Sequence record: NC_073063.1
Origin: Escherichia phage vB_EcoS_PNS1
Reading direction: 5' to 3' (one strand)
DNA: 43,945 nucleotides
The notes under the pieces are model-generated. The model did not search any database and was not told where the DNA came from. It saw only the letters and a program-made list of their open reading frames with translations. This document shows, piece after piece, positions 1 to 9,755 of the stretch (position 1 is its first letter; the number at the start of each line of letters is the position of its first letter). A program made the position numbers and the translations under genes.

Positions 1-112
1 TGGAATGGTTATTTAAGATGCACGGCATCGAAAACGCGCAACGCGCATTTAAAGATATCAAGCTAATGGAACGCGTTGCGCTGGATGAAATGGCGCGGCA
101 GAACCCCGCATA
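1..112 (+). CDS. C-terminal fragment of tail assembly chaperone G-T frameshift product (wrap-around duplicate of 43819-43931)
   Basis: Bases 1-127 identical to 43819-43945; continues ORF 43701..43931, ending at TAA 110-112. Confidence 0.55.
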
Positions 113-432
113 ACGAAGCGGGACAGGGGTGCTGTCCCGCTTTGTCCCGCCACCATTAAACCGCATATATACTCACTTTTATTGCATAAACTAAAAGCGG
201 GACAGGGGTGCTGTCCCGATCTGTCCCGCCCCTTAAAAGTGAATAGCTATGCGGTTTTTCTGCATAAAACAAACGGGACAAAAAGCGGGACAGAATGAGG
301 CGGGACAAAGCGGGACAGCACCCCTGTCCCCGTCAGTGCTGCCGCGTGTTTTAGCCGGTCGGGACAGGCGGGACAAACCCCAGTCTTTCAGACTAGACGG
401 GGGTCAATGGCCCCCCTCGTCTGAGACTGAAT
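113..432. repeat. GCGGGACA repeat array with three 19-bp palindromes (GGGACAG-N5-CTGTCCC) and a GC-rich terminal hairpin; copy A
   Basis: Palindromes at 120-138, 200-218 and 312-330; at least 8 direct GCGGGACA(R) half-sites; hairpin agacggggg/cccctcgtct at 400-428; 3-prime ~190 bp about 85 percent identical by eye to 27545-27740. Confidence 0.8.
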
Positions 433-497
433 AAGGTTTGTTTTAAATTCGCTGATACAATGACCGACGGCAACTGCATAAAAAGGGGGACTGCATA

Positions 498-3137
498 ATG
501 GCAGATCAGGCAGCGGGCATCACGCTCAAGGCGGACGTCGCGCAAATTAAAACGGCTAATACTGTGCTGGACACATTTGCGCAGAAATCCGAGAACACAG
601 AACAGAAAGTAAAGAAATTAAACGACACACTTGGCAAGTCGAAAAAGGTTACTGGCGACGCTGCTGGCGGAATGGAAAAGTTAGCGACTGAATCGCAGCG
701 CGCCGCCGACGGCATGACGAAACAGGAGCGACTCGCCAGCCGATTAGGCATGTCGACCAAAAACCTGGGATTCGCATCGCGGAACGCCGCATTCCAGTTA
801 CAGGATATCGCGGTAACGCTTGAGATGGGTATGCCGGTGCATCGAGTCATGCTTCAGCAGCTACCGCAGCTTACTGGGGCGTTTGGCGGGTTGGGGAATA
901 CGCTGCGTTATGTCGTCGGCACACTCGGCCCGTTAGGGATCGGCATCGCTGCATTAACGGCAACGATGGGCGTAGGCGTGGCGATTATGTCCCGCGCGGA
1001 AAACCAAGTGGCGGCGCTTAACAAGACGCTGGCGCTGTCCGGTAATATTTCTGGCCTAACAGCTAACCAGATACTGGTGCTATCCGAGAACGCCGAGCGG
1101 ATGGGCGGATCATTCCGCAAGACGCGTGACACAATTCAGTCACTGGCGGCGGCTGGTGTGAAAGCTGGTGCGGACTTCGGCGCACTGGCGAAGGTAGTGA
1201 ATGACTTCTCGAAGGTATCCAGCCAGCCGATCGAAGATGTGGTCGCGGCGGTGGCGAAGCTGTCAACCGACCCGGTAGGAGGCTTGCGCGCACTGGCGGA
1301 TAAGTATCACGTCGTAAACGAAGCGCAGATCCAGCAGGTGCAGTCGTTGGTGGATATGGGCCGCGAGACAGACGCAGTTGCGTTGGCTAACAAAACTGCC
1401 GCCGCGTCGTTCACCACTATGACCAACGATATTAAGGCCAACATGGGCACGCTTGAGCGGTCGATGAACGTCGTCACATCGGCAGCTAAATCCATGTGGG
1501 ATGCCATCCTGGATGTGGGCCGCGCGCAGTCCTCCAATGAGTCCGAGATGAAAGCGCGCGAATCACTACAGCGCATGACCACTGCTTACTATGCCGAGAT
1601 GAAAGCGGTAAACGCTGCCGGTGGGGTAATGACTGAAGCGCAGAAAGCACGTATTAACATGCTTTACAGCGAACTGGTCGCCCAGGAAAAAGTGGTGGCG
1701 TCGCTCACCCTGCGTAACCGTGCCGAGCGAGACAACGCCCGCGCCGCAGACGAATCCGCAAAGGCGAACGAGGAGGCCAACCGCACCGCCCGTGACCGAG
1801 CCGCGTTTGAAAAGGAGTACGCAACTAACGCTAAAAAACGCGCCGACGAGATCGCCCGCCTCAATTTGCTGAATAAGCGCGGCGTTATTGATGAGAAAGA
1901 GCTTGCCGAGGCGGTGAAGCAGGTAAACGAGCGCTACAAAGACCCCGCCCCGAAGAAGGCCGCGGCTGTTCGCGTGGATGCCGGTATGAAAATGCTGGAA
2001 GTCGCGCGGAGCGAACTGGCCCAGCTTCGAGAATCCGGCAAGCAGATCGAAGCCAACGCGTCTACGCAGACCCGCACGCAACGCGCTCAAGCGGCCTTAA
2101 ACAAGCTGATCGCCGACAATGAGCAGTTAATTGCTGCGAGCAAAGAAAGAGCGCTAACGGCAGCCGAAAAGCAGCAGATGGCCGAATTCGGACGCGTGAA
2201 GGAAGTGCGCGAGCAGATCGTCGAAGAAGCTAAATTGCTGGACGCGAAAGAGAAGCAGGTTAAGGCGCACGCGCAGATCGATGCCTTCGTTAAGAACCAG
2301 AACGCTGAACTAAAAGCCACCGCCGCGGGCTATGCGCTTTCCACTCGAGAAGCGGCAAACCTGCGTGAAGAATTGCAGCTAATCGACCGCCTGAAGCGTG
2401 TTGGCGCTAACGATACCGATATTGACAAGGCGGTGTCTAAGTTGCGGGAAGTGCAGGAGGCGCAGACCGGTGCTAACGCCTCGCTATGGGATGGCTTCAG
2501 CCGCGGGCTTAAGGATAGCGTGGATGAAATGGGTAACGGATATACGCAGATGGCGTCGCTCACGAAATTTACATTCAGCGCTATGCAAGACTCGATGAAC
2601 GAGTTTTTCGAGACGGGCAAGATTAACGCGAAGGATATGGTCAAATCCATCCTGAGCGAGTTAATCAAGCTGGCTACCTCGCAGGCGTTCAAGTCCATCG
2701 TTGGCGCTTTCGGTGGTGGCGGCAAAAACGGATTGTTCGGCGCTATCTTCTCTGGCCTCACTAAGAATGCGGACGGAGGAGCGTACGCAGGAGGAAATCT
2801 AGCGGCCTATTCGGGTCAGGTGGTAAGCCAGCCTACCTTTTTCAGTTATGGCGTCCAGGCGTTCGCTAAGGGCGCAGGATTGATGGGTGAGGCTGGACCC
2901 GAGGCCATCATGCCACTGAAGCGCGGGCCGGACGGGAAACTGGGCGTTGCCGCGTCTGGCGCAGGCGGTGGTATGGTCGTGACGACTAACGTTTACACGG
3001 GGGCCGGTAAAACGGATACCAGTGTCAGCGGGCCAGACCCCCGTACCGCGCAGGCGTTCGGCAAGCAAATCACCGAAGCGGTGAAGGCTGAGATCGTGAA
3101 AGCGACGAAACCGGGTGGAGTACTGTACAAACGATGA
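498..3137 (+). CDS. tail tape measure protein
   Basis: 879 aa, Ala/Gln/Lys-rich helical protein with Gly-rich C-terminus; sits between chaperone G/G-T and distal tail genes; RBS aaggggg before ATG. Confidence 0.9.
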   Translation: MADQAAGITLKADVAQIKTANTVLDTFAQKSENTEQKVKKLNDTLGKSKKVTGDAAGGMEKLATESQRAADGMTKQERLASRLGMSTKNLGFASRNAAFQLQDIAVTLEMGMPVHRVMLQQLPQLTGAFGGLGNTLRYVVGTLGPLGIGIAALTATMGVGVAIMSRAENQVAALNKTLALSGNISGLTANQILVLSENAERMGGSFRKTRDTIQSLAAAGVKAGADFGALAKVVNDFSKVSSQPIEDVVAAVAKLSTDPVGGLRALADKYHVVNEAQIQQVQSLVDMGRETDAVALANKTAAASFTTMTNDIKANMGTLERSMNVVTSAAKSMWDAILDVGRAQSSNESEMKARESLQRMTTAYYAEMKAVNAAGGVMTEAQKARINMLYSELVAQEKVVASLTLRNRAERDNARAADESAKANEEANRTARDRAAFEKEYATNAKKRADEIARLNLLNKRGVIDEKELAEAVKQVNERYKDPAPKKAAAVRVDAGMKMLEVARSELAQLRESGKQIEANASTQTRTQRAQAALNKLIADNEQLIAASKERALTAAEKQQMAEFGRVKEVREQIVEEAKLLDAKEKQVKAHAQIDAFVKNQNAELKATAAGYALSTREAANLREELQLIDRLKRVGANDTDIDKAVSKLREVQEAQTGANASLWDGFSRGLKDSVDEMGNGYTQMASLTKFTFSAMQDSMNEFFETGKINAKDMVKSILSELIKLATSQAFKSIVGAFGGGGKNGLFGAIFSGLTKNADGGAYAGGNLAAYSGQVVSQPTFFSYGVQAFAKGAGLMGEAGPEAIMPLKRGPDGKLGVAASGAGGGMVVTTNVYTGAGKTDTSVSGPDPRTAQAFGKQITEAVKAEIVKATKPGGVLYKR

Positions 3138-3144
3138 TAAAATG

Positions 3145-3173
3145 GCCCCCACAACCATCGTGGGGGCTTTTCT
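3145..3173 (+). terminator. hairpin plus T-run after tape measure gene (probable attenuator)
   Basis: Stem gcccccac/gtgggggc with 7-nt loop followed by ttttct, immediately before ATG at 3174. Confidence 0.45.
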
Positions 3174-3773
3174 ATGTCACAAGGTACAATCACACTAACG
3201 AACGGAAGTAAGACCGTAACGGGCGCTGGAACGGCGTTCCTTAGCGAGATCGGGAAGGTCCGCGTATTCGCCCGCATCGACGGCAACGACTACACCGGCA
3301 AAATAGCCGCATTCAACTCTGACACTGAAATCACCCTGGCGGATAACTGGGCCGGTCCAACTAAATCAGGTGCGGCATATGAGCTAATCGAAGCACACGA
3401 CCCGCGATCAAACGAATGGCCCTATTACTGGCACATGCAATTGCAGGGCGGCGGCGACGTGCAGTTGGCTTTCCGGTCGGAGGAATTGCAATTCGGTAAC
3501 GGTTACGGTCAGAACATCGCGGACGGCCCGAACGCCGAAACGAAACAGTTCCCCGTGCAATTCATAGGGCTTACTACTGACAAGTGGTGCAATCCCAAAC
3601 TGGTTTACAACTTCCTTCGCGGGCACTTCGTAAAGCCGTTTGTCGTCACCGCGCCGGATGGCGAAACCGGTTTATTCGTGGTCGAGCGTTCGAGCTTGTC
3701 GTACACAGACAACGGGCACTACACGGCAACGGTATCCGCAACCCTTAAAACTGCTATTGGATTCGTAAGATGA
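3174..3773 (+). CDS. minor/distal tail protein (lambda gpM position)
   Basis: First gene after tape measure; N-terminus shares a motif with the tail fiber at 10079. Confidence 0.6.
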   Translation: MSQGTITLTNGSKTVTGAGTAFLSEIGKVRVFARIDGNDYTGKIAAFNSDTEITLADNWAGPTKSGAAYELIEAHDPRSNEWPYYWHMQLQGGGDVQLAFRSEELQFGNGYGQNIADGPNAETKQFPVQFIGLTTDKWCNPKLVYNFLRGHFVKPFVVTAPDGETGLFVVERSSLSYTDNGHYTATVSATLKTAIGFVR

Positions 3774-4558
3774 ATAAACTATATCGTGAGGCGACGCGCT
3801 TTGACCCATCGGGCCGAGTTCGCCTGATTCATATTGACGCGCAGGACGTGGAGCCAGGCGACGGCGCGATCGGAGCGGGCCATCACTATTTTCATTACTG
3901 CTTTATCCCGCACACTGCCGAGGATATTGCTGCCGCTGGGGGTGACGAGGATAAGCTGAAGCCAAAATCCATCTTCTTCGGCGGGCAGGAGTTCGAATTT
4001 TGGCCCTTCGATCTGTCAGGCCTCAACTTCTCCACATCGACGGCAGCGGAACCGCAACTAACAATCGTCGATATTGGAGGCATAATCACCCGGCTGTCGC
4101 TGAATCACGACCAGCTACTGGGCGCGAAGGTTGAGATCATTGATACGTTCGCGAAGTTCCTGGACAACGGGACAGACCCAGACCCGACGCAGAAACGAGT
4201 TCAGGAGTATTACATCGACTCGCAGGTCGGGCGCAATCCAGGCAAGCAGATCACCTTCGCCCTATCCTCACCTGCGGATATGGAAGGGCAGGTCGTTCCC
4301 CGTCGCCAAATCATGAATATGTGCGAATGGGCGCTCAACGGGAAGTATGCCAGCGGTGACGGGTGTACGTGGAACCTTGCGCAGCCAGGCATCAAGTATT
4401 ACGACGAGCGTGGTAATGAAGTCATCGCGATGAATATGGACCGATGCGGCGGCTGTTTGTCCGACTGCTATCTTCGTTTTGGCCAGGGGCTTGCCGACCC
4501 GAAAGCTGCGGTGCTGGACTTCGGTGGTTTTCCAGGGTCCAAATTGATTAAGGGGTAG
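3770..4558 (+). CDS. minor tail protein, lambda gpL-like
   Basis: Synteny, plus C-terminal cysteine cluster (DRCGGCLSDC) as in the Fe-S-binding gpL family. Confidence 0.8.
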   Translation: MNKLYREATRFDPSGRVRLIHIDAQDVEPGDGAIGAGHHYFHYCFIPHTAEDIAAAGGDEDKLKPKSIFFGGQEFEFWPFDLSGLNFSTSTAAEPQLTIVDIGGIITRLSLNHDQLLGAKVEIIDTFAKFLDNGTDPDPTQKRVQEYYIDSQVGRNPGKQITFALSSPADMEGQVVPRRQIMNMCEWALNGKYASGDGCTWNLAQPGIKYYDERGNEVIAMNMDRCGGCLSDCYLRFGQGLADPKAAVLDFGGFPGSKLIKG

Positions 4559-4560
4559 CC

Positions 4561-5301
4561 ATGTTAACGAAAAAGGTTAAAAGCGATATCGCCGCGCACG
4601 TTGCGGCATGTCTTCCGGAAGAAGCCTGTGGGCTGGTAGTCATGGTGGGCCGCAAACAAGTATTCGTCCCATGTATGAACGTATTCGAAGACCCGACCGG
4701 CGTGCGCTCACGCAAGGACGCGTTTACTATTAGTGATATGGCCTGGATGGATGCCGAGGATATGGGCGACGTCGTGCGCGTAGTCCACTCCCATCCGGGG
4801 CAGCGGGAGCTTACCCCATCGCTTGGCGACGTTAACGGATGCAACGGCAGCGGCGTAGTCTGGACCATCACTAACGAATATGGCGACTTTATCGAGATCG
4901 ACCCTGAAGACCCGCCGCTGGTAGGGCGTCGATTTGTTCTCGGAATTACGGATTGTTACGGCCTCGTCATGGACTGGCACAAAAAGCAGGGAGTAAACCT
5001 GCCAGACTTCCGCGTGCCGTATAACTGGTGGGAGACAGGCGAAAACCTGTATATGGACAATTGGTACGGTGCGGGATTCAGGGAATGCGAGGAGAATACG
5101 CCGGGGGCAATGGTCATCATGCAGATTAGCGCGCCTGTGCCTAACCACGCTGGGATATTCCTTCCGGGCAACCAACTACTACACCATATCTACGGCAGTC
5201 TGTCGAGTGTGATACCCTTCCGGTCAGGATTTTTCCGCGACAATGTGGTTAAATGGGTACGTCATAAAGACCTACCGGGGGATATCACAGAATGGCAATG
5301 A
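4561..5301 (+). CDS. tail tip protein, lambda gpK-like (JAB/MPN plus NlpC/P60-like)
   Basis: VVHSHPG JAMM-like motif; synteny between L-like and I-like genes. Confidence 0.8.
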   Translation: MLTKKVKSDIAAHVAACLPEEACGLVVMVGRKQVFVPCMNVFEDPTGVRSRKDAFTISDMAWMDAEDMGDVVRVVHSHPGQRELTPSLGDVNGCNGSGVVWTITNEYGDFIEIDPEDPPLVGRRFVLGITDCYGLVMDWHKKQGVNLPDFRVPYNWWETGENLYMDNWYGAGFRECEENTPGAMVIMQISAPVPNHAGIFLPGNQLLHHIYGSLSSVIPFRSGFFRDNVVKWVRHKDLPGDITEWQ

Positions 5302-5909
5302 CCACGTTTAAATTATACGGCGTTTTAGGACGTCGATTCGGTAAAGTGCATAAGCTGGATTGCTTCACTCCTGGCGAGGGTATCACCGGCCTGTGCGTGA
5401 AGTTACCCGGCTTACAGGACTTTCTAATGTCGGCCCACCTGGACAATATGATGTTCAAGGTGCGCAAAGGCGACCACACGATGACCGGCTATGATGAGTT
5501 GGGCGAGTTCCACGGCAACCGCGTAGTTACCATCGCGCCGGTTATGACGGGCGCAAAAAGAGGTCTGGGCCAATTGCTGGCGGGTGTGGTAATAGTGGTG
5601 GCGTCGTTCTATACCGGCGGACTTGCTACCGCCGCTTTCGGGGCTTCGGCTGCAACCGCTGCCGCTATTGGGACAGCGACGTTTTCGTTCGGCATGTCGC
5701 TTGCGCTGGGCGGTGCTATGCAATTGCTGTCCCCACAGCCGAAAGGATTGCAGACACGGCAGGACGTGGATAACAAAGCGTCGTATGCGTTCGGCGGACC
5801 GGTAAACACGACCGCACAAGGTACGGCACTTGGTGTATTATGGGGCGAGCGTGAGATCGGCGGCGCTATTATTTCAGCCGGAATCGTAACCGAGGACTTA
5901 AACGAATGA
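5292..5909 (+). CDS. tail assembly protein, lambda gpI-like
   Basis: Synteny directly upstream of J-like gene; Gly/Ala-rich hydrophobic C-terminal half. Confidence 0.7.
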   Translation: MAMTTFKLYGVLGRRFGKVHKLDCFTPGEGITGLCVKLPGLQDFLMSAHLDNMMFKVRKGDHTMTGYDELGEFHGNRVVTIAPVMTGAKRGLGQLLAGVVIVVASFYTGGLATAAFGASAATAAAIGTATFSFGMSLALGGAMQLLSPQPKGLQTRQDVDNKASYAFGGPVNTTAQGTALGVLWGEREIGGAIISAGIVTEDLNE

Positions 5910-8900
5910 CGATTGTATACGACGTCACAGGCCATAAAGGCGGCGGAGGCAAACAGCACACCCCACAGGAGACGCCAGATAGCCTGCATTCGCTGGCTAA
6001 AATCCGCATCTTGCTTGCGCTGGGGGAAGGGGAATTCGAAGGCATTACGAGCGCCAGCGAATTACGGCAGCGCGTATATCTGGACGGAACACCGATCCAG
6101 AATGCAGATCTGTCTGAAAACTTCCCCGGAGCGCGCGTGGAGTTCCGCCCCGGCACACAGCACCAGGATGTGATCCACGGATTTTCAGCGGTGGAAAGTG
6201 AGCAATCCGTCGGTGTAAAACTGGAAAACGGTACGCCGTGGGTGCGCCAGATTAACGACACCAGTCTTGACGCCGTGCGCGTTCGCATCGGCATTCCTGC
6301 CCTGTACACTAGCGAAGATAATGGCGACCTGGTGGGTGGGCGCATCGACTATAAGATCGTTGTGTATACGGATAACGCCGACCCGCGTGAGTTTACCTTC
6401 GCTGCCGTTGGTAAAACAATGTCTCTATACGAGCGCGATCACCGCATCGAGCTACCGCCGAACGTTAACACGGGCTGGCGCGTGGAGGTGCACCGCATAA
6501 CGGCAGACTCCACATCGGCAAAAGTGGTTAACAATATCCGGGTGCAATCTATTACTGAGATTATCGACGCCCGTCTTCGATACCCGCTAACCGCGCTGTT
6601 GTTCGTGGAGTTCGACGCTAAAGCGTTCCAGAACATCCCGCGCGTGTCCATCAAGTGCAAAGGCCGCAAAGTTCTAATACCTAACAACTACGACCCTATT
6701 AATCATACCTATTCGGGGGACTGGGACGGCACGTTCAAACGTGCATGGACGGATAACCCTGCGTGGCACTGGTACGATATTTGTATTACTGAGCGCTTCG
6801 GCCTCGGTCGTCGGATCAAACCGCAAATGCTGAACCGGTACGCGCTCTACCAGATCGCGCAGCGCTGCGATCAGTTGGTCAGCGACGGCAACGGCGGACG
6901 GGAAATCCGATTTAAGAATGATATGTACATCCAGTCGCAGACAGACGCCTGGACCGTGCTTAAGGATTTAGCTGCCATCTTCGCCGGGATGACCTGGTGG
7001 GGAAACCAAATGTTGAATATCGTCAGTGACCAACCGGTCGCAGCAGTGTCGCACACTATCACCAACGCCTCGGTAATTGATGGGCGATTCGACTACGCAT
7101 CCGGCAGCCAGAAAACTCGGTATTCAACTTTCGCGGTCGCATACGGCAACCCGAAAAACCACTATGATGACGCTATCGCAACGGGCCAGCGCGTCGAACT
7201 GGTACGCCGCCATAAGATAAACCGTCTTGATATCACAGCGATCGGCTGTACGCGCGAGTCAGAAGCGCAACGCCGAGGGCACTGGGCGCTAATCTCAAAC
7301 CAGCTTGATCAGCAAGTTAGTTTTAAGGTTGGCATGGAGGGGTTATTCTTTATCCCCGGTAGCGTAGTCGCGATCGCAGATACTAATATATCCGGCGGAT
7401 TCGAGACTCGCGGCGGTCGCCTGTTGTCAGACCCTGGAACGCGTACCGTGCTTAACACAGACAGCGAAATCACATTCCGCCCTGGTGATAAGTTCTTGGT
7501 GCGCACCGATAGCGGAAATGTGGAGACTCGCGAGATCGCCAGCGTCAACGGCAACAAGGTCACGCTAAAAACCGCACTGGATGCCGACCCGATTCCAGAC
7601 CAACCGTTTTGCGTTGATGGCGACGATATCCAGTTGCAAAAATTCCGCATCACCGACCTGGAATATGACGACTCTACGAGCACTTTCTCAGTGCGCGGGA
7701 TTGAATACAACGATAGTAAGTATGATGCCGTTGATAATGGCGCTCGCCTTGACCCAGGCATCTTTACGCAAGTGCCGGACGGTGTAATGAAGGGGCCGGA
7801 ATCCGTGACCATCACCCCGTCGCAGATCTCATCGCAAGGCCAGCTAATCACCAACGTGGATATTGTTTTCCCGCCGGTGAAAGATGCCGTGGTGTATGAA
7901 ATCCAGTGGAGGCGTACTAGCCTGCAGAATATGGAGATCCAGTGGGGTAACGACTGGGTGAATATCCCGCGCACGGCGTCGAATGGGGCGCACATTCCTA
8001 ACGTGTTCTCCGGTAACTATCAGGCACGAGTCCGCGCAATTGGCATGGGCGAAATCTCGTCCCCGTGGGTGTCTTCCGCGGTCACGCCGGTGGAAGGTCG
8101 CCTCGGTGGGCTTAACGCCCCAATCATCACCAACGCGATTTCGGGTCTGCATCAAATTCTATGGAAGTGGAATCACAACAACGCTGCGACTGATATCTCA
8201 TACACCGAGCTTGAAGTGCGCAAGACGGGTGAAACGGAATGGAAATTCTTAACAAACGTCCCATATCCTGGCGCGGAGTACGCGCAAACGTCGCTGGAGT
8301 TCGGCATATACCAGCAGTTGCGCGCCCGTGTAGCGGATAAAATCGGCAACCTGTCTGACTGGTCCGCCCCGTTCGAAGGCCAGGTGAGTGACAAAGTTGA
8401 CGAGTACATGAAGGGGCTTGATGACGAGTTCTTGACTTCCGAGGACGGTAAACGCTTCCAGGAAGCGATCGAAACCATGCCGCAAGGCATTTATGAAGCC
8501 ATGCTCACCGACGCGCAGCAATTGTTCAACGCCCGCGCCGAGTACAAGGGTATCTATGCGGAAATCTCGGTCGCGTATAACGTGGCGTCGGACGCCCACA
8601 AGGCGGTCGCTCAACTGGAGACGTTGATCGGCACGCGACTTGACGATGCGGAAGCGGCGATCCACACGTTGCAGACAGCGCAAAGCACGCACGAACAAGC
8701 GTTCGCCCAGTACCAGCAAACTGTTGCCGCTAAGTTCGGGGAGCAGGAAGCCGCCATCCAGCAGGTGCAAACGGCAACGGCAGACGTAGCGGGCGCGCTG
8801 GCGGAGTACAAGACCCAGGTCGCGGCACAGTTCGGTCAGCAGTCCGCCGCTATCGAGCAGAAGATGACGTCCACGTTTAACCATGCCGGTGGCAACGCCA

Positions 8901-9721
8901 CATACAGCCTTAAGGCGGGCGTGACGTATAACGGGACTTACTACGATGCCGGTATGCAGCTTTCAGTTGTTGCGGAAGGTGGCGCGGTTAAATCCCGCAT
9001 CGCGTTCAAGGCGGACCAGTTCTACATTATGCACCCGTCGAATGGGTCGCTTTCGTCCGCGTTTATCGTCGACGGCGGGCAGGTGTATATCGACACGGCA
9101 CGAATCAAGGACGCCTCCATCAACTTTGCACAGATCACGGACACGCTACAATCCAACAACTGGATTCCAGGGAGCAGGGGTTGGCGTATCGCGAAAGACG
9201 GAGGAGCGGAGTTTAACGCAGTAACGGTACGCGGCAACGTGTATGCGAATGATGGCGTGTTTAATGGTACGGTTTATGCAAGGGATGGTGTATTTACCGG
9301 AACGGTCGAAGCTACCAGCTTTGTCGGGGATATCGCCAATATGTATGTTATTGGCGAGAAAGCGATACCCAACACAGATAGGAATGGGTCGAGATCGTGG
9401 TCGGTGACTTTCAACGACTCGTCCAGGTCATCTAAACTCAAAGACTTTGTGTTGCTGTTAAGTTACTCACTGGTCGGGTATACCGCAAACCGGTCAAGTC
9501 GCATAGTGGTTACTGCCAATATTGGCGGGCATGTAGTCTCGAGGTCCATTGAGCGAGCGGCAAGCGGAAACTCAATCCATACGACGATTCCATTAGCTGT
9601 GAAGGGCGTGGCACAGGGAAGTGTACGAATTACAGTTACGGAAAAGTATACAAACGTCTACAGCAGTACATTGCACCCGTCTGTAATATTGATGACCAGA
9701 GGTACTGGTAGCTGGTCGTAA
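5906..9721 (+). CDS. central tail fiber / host specificity protein, lambda gpJ-like
   Basis: 1271 aa; N-terminal and central regions recall lambda J; conserved position after I-like gene. Confidence 0.9.
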   Translation: MTIVYDVTGHKGGGGKQHTPQETPDSLHSLAKIRILLALGEGEFEGITSASELRQRVYLDGTPIQNADLSENFPGARVEFRPGTQHQDVIHGFSAVESEQSVGVKLENGTPWVRQINDTSLDAVRVRIGIPALYTSEDNGDLVGGRIDYKIVVYTDNADPREFTFAAVGKTMSLYERDHRIELPPNVNTGWRVEVHRITADSTSAKVVNNIRVQSITEIIDARLRYPLTALLFVEFDAKAFQNIPRVSIKCKGRKVLIPNNYDPINHTYSGDWDGTFKRAWTDNPAWHWYDICITERFGLGRRIKPQMLNRYALYQIAQRCDQLVSDGNGGREIRFKNDMYIQSQTDAWTVLKDLAAIFAGMTWWGNQMLNIVSDQPVAAVSHTITNASVIDGRFDYASGSQKTRYSTFAVAYGNPKNHYDDAIATGQRVELVRRHKINRLDITAIGCTRESEAQRRGHWALISNQLDQQVSFKVGMEGLFFIPGSVVAIADTNISGGFETRGGRLLSDPGTRTVLNTDSEITFRPGDKFLVRTDSGNVETREIASVNGNKVTLKTALDADPIPDQPFCVDGDDIQLQKFRITDLEYDDSTSTFSVRGIEYNDSKYDAVDNGARLDPGIFTQVPDGVMKGPESVTITPSQISSQGQLITNVDIVFPPVKDAVVYEIQWRRTSLQNMEIQWGNDWVNIPRTASNGAHIPNVFSGNYQARVRAIGMGEISSPWVSSAVTPVEGRLGGLNAPIITNAISGLHQILWKWNHNNAATDISYTELEVRKTGETEWKFLTNVPYPGAEYAQTSLEFGIYQQLRARVADKIGNLSDWSAPFEGQVSDKVDEYMKGLDDEFLTSEDGKRFQEAIETMPQGIYEAMLTDAQQLFNARAEYKGIYAEISVAYNVASDAHKAVAQLETLIGTRLDDAEAAIHTLQTAQSTHEQAFAQYQQTVAAKFGEQEAAIQQVQTATADVAGALAEYKTQVAAQFGQQSAAIEQKMTSTFNHAGGNATYSLKAGVTYNGTYYDAGMQLSVVAEGGAVKSRIAFKADQFYIMHPSNGSLSSAFIVDGGQVYIDTARIKDASINFAQITDTLQSNNWIPGSRGWRIAKDGGAEFNAVTVRGNVYANDGVFNGTVYARDGVFTGTVEATSFVGDIANMYVIGEKAIPNTDRNGSRSWSVTFNDSSRSSKLKDFVLLLSYSLVGYTANRSSRIVVTANIGGHVVSRSIERAASGNSIHTTIPLAVKGVAQGSVRITVTEKYTNVYSSTLHPSVILMTRGTGSWS

Positions 9722-9726
9722 TAAAC

Positions 9727-9752
9727 AAAAAACCCCTCACGCGAGGGGTTAA
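9727..9752. terminator. bidirectional rho-independent terminator between J gene and convergent lipoprotein gene
   Basis: Stem aacccctc/gaggggtt with A-run upstream and T-run downstream. Confidence 0.5.
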
Positions 9753-9755
9753 CTT

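Noticed and set aside
249-434. 61-aa ORF inside the GCGGGACA repeat block
   Set aside because: Made almost entirely of the DNA repeats (low-complexity GQ/RDR translation), no RBS; better explained as a non-coding array.
1566-2090. 174-aa minus-strand ORF
   Set aside because: Inside the tape measure gene on the opposite strand.
8249-8884. 211-aa minus-strand ORF
   Set aside because: Lies wholly inside the J-like gene on the opposite strand; Arg/Leu-rich composition typical of antisense frames.
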